In this document: in pieces, positions 56,775-64,000 of the stretch | Layout of the letters: the number at the start of each line of letters is the position of its first letter | Position numbering within the stretch: position 1 is the stretch's first letter | Source of the DNA: Pelagibacteraceae bacterium AG-390-C22 | GTDB lineage: Bacteria > Pseudomonadota > Alphaproteobacteria > Pelagibacterales > Pelagibacteraceae | Assembly: GCA_003278125.1 (NCBI GenBank) | Contig: QCGX01000007.1 | Coordinates: 418 to 64,417 of the forward strand | Reading direction: 5' to 3' | Length of the DNA stretch: 64,000 nucleotides | Position numbers and translations under genes: made by a program | The notes under the pieces: generated by a model | Databases searched by the model: none | Told to the model about the DNA's origin: nothing | What the model saw: only the letters and a program-made list of their open reading frames with translations

Positions 56775-57904
56775 TATAATAAATTATCTTTAAAAAATTT
56801 AATAAATTGAGGCATATAAGCATCTGCGTTATCTCCTCCTATGGTAACTCCTTTTGAAATACATTTTTCTTTTTTCATAATTTTAAAACCAGATTTCCAT
56901 GCTTTTCTTGGATCCTTTTGAGCCATTTCATAAAACGCTTCTACTGAAGGGTAAACTTTGTGTTTATTTACCATCCACTCTACCCATATCGGATTAGTAA
57001 ATCGACCTTCGTTATCAACATAAAAATCAGGACAATCATGAAGAGTCATTGCCATTTTTTCTCTCCAAGGTTTTTTGCCAGCAGCCCAAGCATGATACCA
57101 TCCCTCCTTAATATCAACTTTTACTTTTCCTGGCGGAGATTTAATTCTTTCAGCATGCTCCTTACAAAACTTGGCTAAAGTGTAATCATCTGCGCCACCA
57201 TGCACTACAAGCATTGTTGTATTAGATGTTAATTCTGGTTCTGCAAAAAACCCCGCCATCCTACATTCTGCTGCTTCTGGAAGAATTGCATCAAAACCTT
57301 TTGTGCCTCCAAGAAACTTGGATGTAAGTTTAACGTCTGCTAAGAAAAAAGAATTAGTTCCACCCCTTGAATGACCGGTTGTTCCAAATTTTCCATTAGA
57401 TCTTGAATGAGATTGTAAAACTTTTAAGGCCATTAATGCATCAATTGCTCCATTTATTAGAGGAACTTTAGATTGATCCCTCCATGTAGATCTGGCGCCT
57501 CTTGGACAAAAATTATCTATATACATTACGCCTATACCTTCTTTCAAAAGATTTTGTGTAGAATGATAAACAAAATCATCCCAAACATAATCTCCAGGAC
57601 CACCGCTACTATGGGTGTGGATTACTATTGGAACTTTACCTGTTCCTTTTGGTAATTGAAGATATCCTGTAATTTCAATAGGATTATTTAAATGACCGTC
57701 TATTAAAACTGTTCTTTGATCAAATCCAGTATAAGAATTGAATTTTATTATTTCACCGCCTTCATAACCTTTTAATTTAGCAATGCCTTGAAGCATTGAA
57801 TGTTTTTTCCTACAGTTTTTTTTAGAGTCAAAATTTGGAGATGAATGAGCTAATAAGCTAGTTGAAAATAAAACTGAAAATATTATTAATAGTATTTTTC
57901 TCAT
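56774..57904 (-). CDS. Secreted alpha/beta-hydrolase-fold protein (dienelactone hydrolase / PAF-acetylhydrolase-like)
   Basis: Start moved to ATG 57904 (MRKILLIIFSVLFSTSLLAHS signal peptide). Nucleophile elbow GHSRGG, then VVHGGADD and WYHAW. Confidence 0.6.
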   Translation of the reverse strand: MRKILLIIFSVLFSTSLLAHSSPNFDSKKNCRKKHSMLQGIAKLKGYEGGEIIKFNSYTGFDQRTVLIDGHLNNPIEITGYLQLPKGTGKVPIVIHTHSSGGPGDYVWDDFVYHSTQNLLKEGIGVMYIDNFCPRGARSTWRDQSKVPLINGAIDALMALKVLQSHSRSNGKFGTTGHSRGGTNSFFLADVKLTSKFLGGTKGFDAILPEAAECRMAGFFAEPELTSNTTMLVVHGGADDYTLAKFCKEHAERIKSPPGKVKVDIKEGWYHAWAAGKKPWREKMAMTLHDCPDFYVDNEGRFTNPIWVEWMVNKHKVYPSVEAFYEMAQKDPRKAWKSGFKIMKKEKCISKGVTIGGDNADAYMPQFIKFFKDNLL

Positions 57905-57915
57905 TAAAATATTAT

Positions 57916-59118
57916 TTATAATATATGATCTTTCATAAAAAGTGAAAAATTTTTTTTGATATAATCTAAATCTTTTTTGTTGAGTCCATGATGGCATCCT
58001 ATCAAAACACCGTTACGCATTATATTATTGCTATTTGACTCTGCATTTTTAACTTTTTTGTAAAGTCTTTTTTTCATTATGGGCTGTCTTAATATATTTC
58101 CTGTGAAGATAGTTCTTGTTTGAATTCCTTTTTTTTCTAAAAAAATTTGTAATTTTTGTCTGTTTAATTTTACTCCATTTTTTATGATAATTGGATATGC
58201 TAACCATGCGGTGATAAGGCCTTTTTGTTGGGAAGGTAACTCAAAATAATTAGGAAAGTTTGAAAAAAAATTTTTTAAATTAACAAAATTACTATTTCTC
58301 TTTTTTATACTTTTTGGAAGTTTTTTTAATTGTTCTAATGCGAAAGCTGCAGATATTTCTGATGGTAAAAAATTATATCCCATATCTGAGAATATATATT
58401 TTCCGTCATATGGTATGCCGTCAACTTTTATGTTGAACCTCTTATTTATACCTTCAGACTCATTAAATATTGCCGATGACCTACCCCATCCTCTAAGAAG
58501 TTTTGCTCTTTCATAAGTTTTTTTATCATTAAAACAAACCATACCACCAAATCCAGCTCCTGTTATTATATGTGAAGCATACATACTGTTAGTAGTGATG
58601 TCCGAATATTTTCCAAGGTTTTTATTGTGAACCCGATATCCAATAGTATCAGCAGAGTCTTCGATTAGTTTTATGTTTTTCTTTTTCGCTATTTGAAAAA
58701 TATGTTTCCAATTAGGTACATTTCCTAATAAGTTTGGAACCATTATAGCTTTCGTTTTTTTATTAATTGCGTTTTTAATTTGATCAATTTTTGCAACAAA
58801 TGAATTACTTTCAACATCAATAAAATGAGGTGTTAAACCCAATTGATAAATTGGTGCAACAGTTGTTGAAAAAGTTAAAGTTGGAGTTATAACCTCATCT
58901 CCTTTTTTAAGATTTAATGATGCAAGAGCTAATAAATTAGCCGACGATCCTGAGTTAACCATCAAACCATATTTTTTCCCGAACAATTTAGAAATTTTTT
59001 TTTCTAATTCCTTTACTAAAGGACCGTCTATAAGCGTTAAAGACTTACTTTTTAGTACAGAAAGTGATGCATTAATTTCTTTTTTGTCGTATATGGCTTT
59101 ACCGTAATATATTTTCAT
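57916..59118 (-). CDS. DegT/DnrJ/EryC1 fold PLP/PMP enzyme of the RfbH(E1)/ColD sugar 3-dehydratase type
   Basis: VNSGSSANLLAL, GDEVITP, IEDSADTIG. The SMYASHIIT block has His183 (codon 58570-58572) where aminotransferases carry the Schiff-base Lys. LLRGWGRSS also present. Confidence 0.75.
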   Translation of the reverse strand: MKIYYGKAIYDKKEINASLSVLKSKSLTLIDGPLVKELEKKISKLFGKKYGLMVNSGSSANLLALASLNLKKGDEVITPTLTFSTTVAPIYQLGLTPHFIDVESNSFVAKIDQIKNAINKKTKAIMVPNLLGNVPNWKHIFQIAKKKNIKLIEDSADTIGYRVHNKNLGKYSDITTNSMYASHIITGAGFGGMVCFNDKKTYERAKLLRGWGRSSAIFNESEGINKRFNIKVDGIPYDGKYIFSDMGYNFLPSEISAAFALEQLKKLPKSIKKRNSNFVNLKNFFSNFPNYFELPSQQKGLITAWLAYPIIIKNGVKLNRQKLQIFLEKKGIQTRTIFTGNILRQPIMKKRLYKKVKNAESNSNNIMRNGVLIGCHHGLNKKDLDYIKKNFSLFMKDHIL

Positions 59119-60185
59119 TTAAATATTTTTCTCAAACCTTTTTCAGATGCTTCGCAAATTCCTTTTTCTGTGATTAAACCAGTAACATATTTTGCTGGGG
59201 TGATGTCAAATGCTAAATTTAAAGCTTTGCTTTTTTCTGGATAGATTCTTACTGTTGCGACATTATTATTTTCATCAACTCCTTCTACATGGGATAGTTC
59301 TTCAGAGTTTCTTTCCTCTATAGGAATTTTTTTAAAATCTTTGATGCTCCAGTCTATAGTCGAGCTTGGAAGTGCTACGTAAAAAGGAACATTGTTATCT
59401 TTCGCAGCTAAAGCCTTTAAATATGTTCCAATTTTATTTGCTACATCTCCTGTCGATAAAGTTCTGTCAGTTCCTACAATGCATAAGTCGACTTCACCTC
59501 TTTGCATTAAAATTCCTCCTGCATTGTCAGTAATAATTGTATTTGGTATCCCTTCTTCATTTAACTCATAAGAAGTTAGATTGGCACCTTGATTTCTTGG
59601 TCTTGTTTCATCCACCCAAACATGAACTTTAATTCCTTTTTGATGAGCATGATAAATAGGTGAAGTAGCTGTTCCCCAATCAATTGTTGCAAGCCAACCA
59701 GCGTTGCAATGGGTTAAAATATTTACTGTATCTTTTTTTTTACTGGCTATTTCTTGAATTATCTTTAAGCCATTTTCACCTATGCTTTTACAAAATGCAA
59801 CGTCCTCTTCTACAATCGCCTTAGCTTCCTCTAAAGCTACTTTTAAAATTTCATCACTATTTATGCCAGATAATTTTTTTATCATTCTATCTACTGCCCA
59901 TTTTAAATTAATTGCCGTAGGTCTAGAAGATATTAAATCTTCACTGGATTTTTTTAAAAAAGATTGGTCATTCTTTTCAATAATAGATAAAACTATCCCA
60001 TAAGCAGCCGTAGCCCCAATTAAAGGAGCTCCTCTTACTTCCATTGTTTTAATTGCGTTAATTGAATCTTTAACTGTTTTTAAATCTTTAATAATAAATT
60101 GATGAGGCAGCTTTGTTTGATCTATTATCTTTACTGTATTATTTTCAAACCAAATTGTTCTATAGGCTTTACCGTTAATTTGCAT
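59115..60185 (-). CDS. mtnA: S-methyl-5-thioribose-1-phosphate isomerase
   Basis: eIF-2B-like family: IIDQTKLPH, MEVRGAPLIGATAAYG, CNAG, ETRPRNQG, VGTDR. I prefer ATG 60185 (MQINGKAYRTIWFENN) over 60212. Confidence 0.9.
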   Translation of the reverse strand: MQINGKAYRTIWFENNTVKIIDQTKLPHQFIIKDLKTVKDSINAIKTMEVRGAPLIGATAAYGIVLSIIEKNDQSFLKKSSEDLISSRPTAINLKWAVDRMIKKLSGINSDEILKVALEEAKAIVEEDVAFCKSIGENGLKIIQEIASKKKDTVNILTHCNAGWLATIDWGTATSPIYHAHQKGIKVHVWVDETRPRNQGANLTSYELNEEGIPNTIITDNAGGILMQRGEVDLCIVGTDRTLSTGDVANKIGTYLKALAAKDNNVPFYVALPSSTIDWSIKDFKKIPIEERNSEELSHVEGVDENNNVATVRIYPEKSKALNLAFDITPAKYVTGLITEKGICEASEKGLRKIFK

Positions 60186-61062
60186 TATTTTTAATAAGTG
60201 CTCTTCCTGCAATATGTTTTAATTTTTTTATAGTTTTTTTGGATCTTAATTTTGGATCTGTAATGATAGCGGTATCTAAACAATTATTTGCAGGATCTTT
60301 ATCTATTGAAAAATCTTTAAAAGTTTTGATAATTTCTTTAATCATGTTTTGTGCATTTGAAGCATTTTTTTGCAATGTTTGAACTACCATTGCTACATCA
60401 ACTTCATCATGATCTGGATGCCAACAATCATAATCAGTTACCATAGCGACTGTGCAATATCTAATTTCTGCTTCTCTGGCTAATTTTGCTTCAGGCATAT
60501 TTGTCATTCCAATCACGTCTGAATTCCATGATCTATATAAATTAGACTCTGCTAAAGTAGAAAATTGAGGACCTTCCATTACAACATAAGTTCCACCAAT
60601 TTGATGATTAATATTCAATTTTTTCAATGCTACCTCGCAACATTGAGATAGACCAGGACTAGTTGGTTTAGCCATTGAAACATGAGCTACAATTTCTTCA
60701 TCAAAAAAAGTTTTTACTCTTGAAAAAGTTCTATCAATGAATTGATCAACAATTACAAATTTTCCCGGATTAAGATCTTCCTTTAAAGAACCAACTGCTG
60801 AGACAGAAATAATATCAGTTACTCCTAATTGTTTCATAGCGTCTATATTTGCTCTAAAATTTATTTTAGTAGGATTGATTTTATGTCCTCTTGAATGTCG
60901 AGGGATAAAACAAATTTCTTCTTTTCCTAATTTTGCTATTAGAATTTCATCGGATGGTTTTCCCCAAGGAGTATTAATTTTTTTCCATTTAGTCTTTTCA
61001 AAGCCTTCCATTTTATAAAGACCACTACCACCAATTATCCCAAGTTTTCTTTTTTTCATCAT
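60175..61062 (-). CDS. mtnP: S-methyl-5'-thioadenosine phosphorylase
   Basis: LGIIGGSG, FIPRHSRGH, GPQFST and VIGMTNMPEAKLAREAE, typical of MTAP-type PNP. Confidence 0.9.
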   Translation of the reverse strand: MMKKRKLGIIGGSGLYKMEGFEKTKWKKINTPWGKPSDEILIAKLGKEEICFIPRHSRGHKINPTKINFRANIDAMKQLGVTDIISVSAVGSLKEDLNPGKFVIVDQFIDRTFSRVKTFFDEEIVAHVSMAKPTSPGLSQCCEVALKKLNINHQIGGTYVVMEGPQFSTLAESNLYRSWNSDVIGMTNMPEAKLAREAEIRYCTVAMVTDYDCWHPDHDEVDVAMVVQTLQKNASNAQNMIKEIIKTFKDFSIDKDPANNCLDTAIITDPKLRSKKTIKKLKHIAGRALIKNNAN

Positions 61063-61102
61063 TTAATTATTAATGCTTTTTTGTTAGAACTTGAAGCTAA
61101 AT

Positions 61103-61630
61103 ATGGATTTAAAAAAATATATCAGATCTATTCCAGACTACCCTAAAAAAGGCATTTTATTCCGAGATATTACTACTCTAATTAAAAATCCTGAGGCCTT
61201 TAAATATACAAATGACAAGATAATAGAATTATCAAAAAAATTAGAATTTGATAAAGTTTCAGCTATAGAGTCTAGAGGTTTTATTTTTGCATCTACAGTG
61301 TCCTACATTTTAAACAAACCTTTTATTTTACTAAGAAAGAAAAACAAACTTCCATCAGAAACTCATTCGGTTGATTTTAAACTCGAATATGGTGAGGCAA
61401 CTATTGAAGTGCATAAAGACTCTATTTCTAAAGGAGAAAAAATCCTTGTAATAGATGACTTGATCGCTACTGGCGGAACGGCTGAAGCTGCTGGGAAATT
61501 AATAGAAATATCTGGCGGAATAGTTGCTGGATTTATTTTTGTAATTAACCTATTTGACTTAGAGGGCAATAACCTCTTAAAAAAAAAGGGATACAAAGCT
61601 GAAAGTTTAATTGAATTTCCTGGTCATTAA
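61103..61630 (+). CDS. apt: Adenine phosphoribosyltransferase
   Basis: IPDYPKKGILFRDIT and the PRPP loop VIDDLIATGGTA. The track's alternative TTG start is at 61091. Confidence 0.92.
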   Translation: MDLKKYIRSIPDYPKKGILFRDITTLIKNPEAFKYTNDKIIELSKKLEFDKVSAIESRGFIFASTVSYILNKPFILLRKKNKLPSETHSVDFKLEYGEATIEVHKDSISKGEKILVIDDLIATGGTAEAAGKLIEISGGIVAGFIFVINLFDLEGNNLLKKKGYKAESLIEFPGH

Positions 61631-62517
61631 GAATTCTTTTTTAAAAACTCTTCAATATAACTCTTTAAGCTTATTTTACCGTAATATCTATAAATTTTAT
61701 TAGATAAATTTTTTTTGACCAATGCAGAAGCATATCTTTCTCCGTCTCTAGAAGGCAAATATTTAATTTTTGTTTTAAACATTTTAGCTACTTCTAGAAC
61801 TGAATAAGCTTTTGTATTTGCTATAATATAGTGTCTGTTTAATTTTTTTTTCCAGGCTTGATAAACTATTTTAATAGTATCTTCAATATGAGTAAATCTT
61901 CTTGTTTGTGTTCCAGGTCTTACAACAGGTAGAGGTTTTTTTCTTAAATAATGATCTTCAAAGATACCTATAACCGTCGACATAAATCCCTTGGAAATTT
62001 GATTGGGTCCATACACATTATAAAAATATATAATCTCATATTTTAGATTAAAATGTCGTTTAAAATTTTCTAATTGTTCAAGATTTTTTGCTTTACTAAA
62101 AGCATAAGGAGATAAATTTTTATCTTTCCCTTTATTTCCTAATGAAGCTGATGTAGCTGAATAAATAAGTTTAATATTGTTCTTTAAACAAAAATTAAAT
62201 ACTGCGTTTGAACCAGTAAAGTTAGATTCGATACACTCATTCATTTTAAGAAAGCTCTGATAAATTCTCGCAAATTCGCCAAAATGGAAAACTGAATGAA
62301 TATACTTAGGATTTTTTACTAAACTAATAATATCTTTTGTATGACCATTTATATATTTAACTCTATTGCTTTTTATATGATTTTTTTTTGCTCCTGAAGA
62401 GTAGTTATCTAAACTAATAATGCTAAATTTTGTTTTTTTAAGTAAAAAATTAATTAGATTTGATCCTACAAATCCTGCTCCACCCGTGACTAAAATTTTT
62501 TTTTTACTATTTAACAT
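61627..62517 (-). CDS. NAD-dependent nucleotide-sugar epimerase/dehydratase (short extended SDR)
   Basis: VTGGAGFVGSNL Rossmann motif and the YAFSK catalytic YxxxK. Confidence 0.85.
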   Translation of the reverse strand: MLNSKKKILVTGGAGFVGSNLINFLLKKTKFSIISLDNYSSGAKKNHIKSNRVKYINGHTKDIISLVKNPKYIHSVFHFGEFARIYQSFLKMNECIESNFTGSNAVFNFCLKNNIKLIYSATSASLGNKGKDKNLSPYAFSKAKNLEQLENFKRHFNLKYEIIYFYNVYGPNQISKGFMSTVIGIFEDHYLRKKPLPVVRPGTQTRRFTHIEDTIKIVYQAWKKKLNRHYIIANTKAYSVLEVAKMFKTKIKYLPSRDGERYASALVKKNLSNKIYRYYGKISLKSYIEEFLKKNS

Positions 62518-62548
62518 TAGAACTAAATATATCTTTGAAATAATTAAA

Positions 62549-63412
62549 TCAATCTAATCTTGGTCTAAACCACGAGCTTTTATTTAATGCTGCATTCATA
62601 AATCCTGATGCTCTACAATAATAAATTTTACTTTTAAATTTATTATTAATAATTAAAAAAAATAGACTTTTTAAAATTGATTTAAAAAATATGAAGAATC
62701 CAGAAACAAATGCTTTTACAAAACCATAATGCTTTTTTCTAAAATAAAACTTTGACCAATTCCAATGCCAGTTTCTAGAAAATTCTAATTCATTTAAATA
62801 TTTTTTGTCAACTGCTTTTGCTCCGAGATGTGAAATTAAAGAATAACTGTAAATATAAATCTTTTTATTATCTTTTTTAGTTCTCAAGCAAAGATCATCA
62901 TTTTCTAAATACATAAATATTTTTTCATCAAAAAAATTATCATTAAATTGGTGTTTATCTAAAATCATTGCATAGCCGTCAATTTGATCAACTTCAAATA
63001 AACCCTTTTTTTTATTTGTTAATTCTTTTTGCACTTTGTAGTTTGGATAATCTTTGTTGTCACTTAGTGGACTTAAAATGGCAAATTCTAGATTTTTAGA
63101 TATTTCAAAAATTTGATTTAAAGTATTTGGCTTTAAGACAGTATCTGGATTTAAAATCATTACATATCTAGTTTTTGATTTTTCTATTCCAAAATTATTT
63201 CCAGATCCCATACCTAAATTTTTACCTGTAAGATAGCACTCAATATTTTTGTACTTTTCTTTCAAATAATTTGTAAACTCACGATTAGAAGAGTTTTCTA
63301 CTATTATCTTCTTGATATCTGGATCAATTGATCTTAAACATCCATCAATAATTTTTTGACTTTTGATTGTTACTATAATTATTGTTAAATTTTCTTTAGT
63401 TATTTGCATCAA
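62549..63412 (-). CDS. Glycosyltransferase family 2 with a C-terminal membrane-associated tail
   Basis: IIIVTIKS, IIVENSSN, NLGMGSGNNFGI, LNPDT. Paralogue of 51853..52728. Confidence 0.8.
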   Translation of the reverse strand: MMQITKENLTIIIVTIKSQKIIDGCLRSIDPDIKKIIVENSSNREFTNYLKEKYKNIECYLTGKNLGMGSGNNFGIEKSKTRYVMILNPDTVLKPNTLNQIFEISKNLEFAILSPLSDNKDYPNYKVQKELTNKKKGLFEVDQIDGYAMILDKHQFNDNFFDEKIFMYLENDDLCLRTKKDNKKIYIYSYSLISHLGAKAVDKKYLNELEFSRNWHWNWSKFYFRKKHYGFVKAFVSGFFIFFKSILKSLFFLIINNKFKSKIYYCRASGFMNAALNKSSWFRPRLD

Positions 63413-63474
63413 AAAAATGCCTTCATTATGATAGAAAGTATACTTCCAAACATAAATAATATAAATAGTAGCAA

Positions 63475-64000
63475 ATGAAAAGGTTTATCGTAACAGGGGG
63501 GTATGGTTTTATTGGTAGTAACTTAATAAAACTATTGTTAAAAAAAAAATTTAAAGTCCTTAATATTGATAAACTATCATACTCAGCTCAAAAATATAAT
63601 TTAAAGGATATTAAAAGTAAAAACTACTTTTTCAAAAAGACTGATATTAATAATAAAAAAGAAATTTTAAAAATTCTAAAAAGATATAAACCCCACGGAA
63701 TTTTTAATTTAGCAGCAGATACTCATGTGGATAGATCAATAGACGATTCCTCTAACTTTATTAAAAATAATATTCTAGGTGTTTATAATTTACTAGAAGC
63801 TATTATAAATTATAAAAAAAAAGTTAGGCTAGTTCATATTTCTACTGATGAAGTTTATGGAGATATTTCAGGTTCAAAAAGATCTGATGAGAGTTTTCCA
63901 TATATTCCGAGCTCTCCTTATTCTGCCTCAAAAGCTTCTTCTGATCATTTGGTTAATGCTTATATTAGAACACATAAAATTGATGCTGTGATATCAAATT
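63475..64000 (+). CDS. rfbB: dTDP-glucose 4,6-dehydratase, 3' end outside the window (not in the ORF track because it has no stop)
   Basis: My translation from ATG 63475: MKRFIVTGGYGFIGSNLIKLL...NLAADTHVDRSI...HISTDEVYGD...YSASKASSDHLV. The frame is open to nt 64000. Confidence 0.88.
   Translation, partial: MKRFIVTGGYGFIGSNLIKLLLKKKFKVLNIDKLSYSAQKYNLKDIKSKNYFFKKTDINNKKEILKILKRYKPHGIFNLAADTHVDRSIDDSSNFIKNNILGVYNLLEAIINYKKKVRLVHISTDEVYGDISGSKRSDESFPYIPSSPYSASKASSDHLVNAYIRTHKIDAVISN

Noticed and set aside
57905-57997. An N-terminal 31-codon extension of the hydrolase ORF (MPSWTQQKRFRLYQKKFF...).
   Set aside because: It overlaps the 3' end of the upstream ColD-like gene by 82 nt. The internal ATG at 57904 is immediately followed by a textbook signal peptide.
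2291-61596. About 30 short ORFs (60-125 aa) in the six-frame track lie antisense to, or out of frame within, long well-supported genes. Examples: 2291..2485, 4987..5175, 7778..8035, 8762..9001, 9120..9356, 15773..15958, 17955..18164, 18698..18919, 19203..19427, 21312..21557, 22830..23066, 24753..25058, 26356..26640, 29395..29577, 30898..31113, 31950..32138, 33257..33565, 37053..37364, 47479..47676, 47914..48108, 51616..51798, 54179..54382, 54596..54904, 56960..57178, 57473..57655, 59782..60003, 61363..61596.
   Set aside because: Each is fully embedded in a CDS with clear family motifs. Their translations are low-complexity with no motifs. Shadow ORFs like these are expected on the strand opposite real genes.
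1180-63474. Search of all intergenic spacers for tRNA, rRNA, riboswitch-sized leaders, CRISPR repeats and IS inverted repeats.
   Set aside because: Only one spacer exceeds 120 bp (39751-39936). None shows cloverleaf-compatible GC stems, repeat-spacer periodicity or terminal inverted repeats. No transposase, integrase or phage-like ORFs are present.

Overview
This is a very AT-rich, very gene-dense window with about 70 CDS. Most spacers are under 80 bp, and many stop/stop and stop/start codons overlap. Gene content and style match a streamlined marine alphaproteobacterium of the SAR11/Pelagibacter type; that is inference from composition and synteny, not a database hit. I found no rRNA, tRNA, CRISPR, transposase, integrase or phage genes.

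The conserved backbone is sfsA-map-purB-purC-purS-purQ-purL-bolA-grxD, rpsD, trmJ-like, cimA, cysS, nadE, class II DAHP synthase, glmS, gph, prpB-prpC, nrdA-nrdB, a PMM/PGM, dusA, rpoZ and apt.

Four things deserve most attention:
1. A six-gene minus-strand operon (55083-61062) has apt divergent from it. It links an AdoMetDC-aminopropyltransferase fusion to mtnP, mtnA and a FucA-like class II aldolase. This looks like a DHAP-shunt type MTA salvage route rather than the canonical MtnB/C/D route. Two unexpected genes sit inside it: a ColD/E1-type PLP/PMP enzyme with His at the Schiff-base Lys position, and a secreted alpha/beta hydrolase.
2. A six-gene operon (29647-36125) couples a Pot-type ABC importer to an EutA-like Asp/Glu-racemase-fold protein and an EutD/DoeA-like M24 hydrolase that lacks the canonical metal ligands.
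3. cysS is split by one extra A in an A9 tract.
4. glmU encodes only the acetyltransferase half.

Envelope-glycan genes (GT2, GT4, GT9, GT-C-like membrane proteins, sugar dehydratases) are scattered as small, extremely AT-rich islets among core genes. All functional calls come from reading motifs in the supplied translations. No searches were run.
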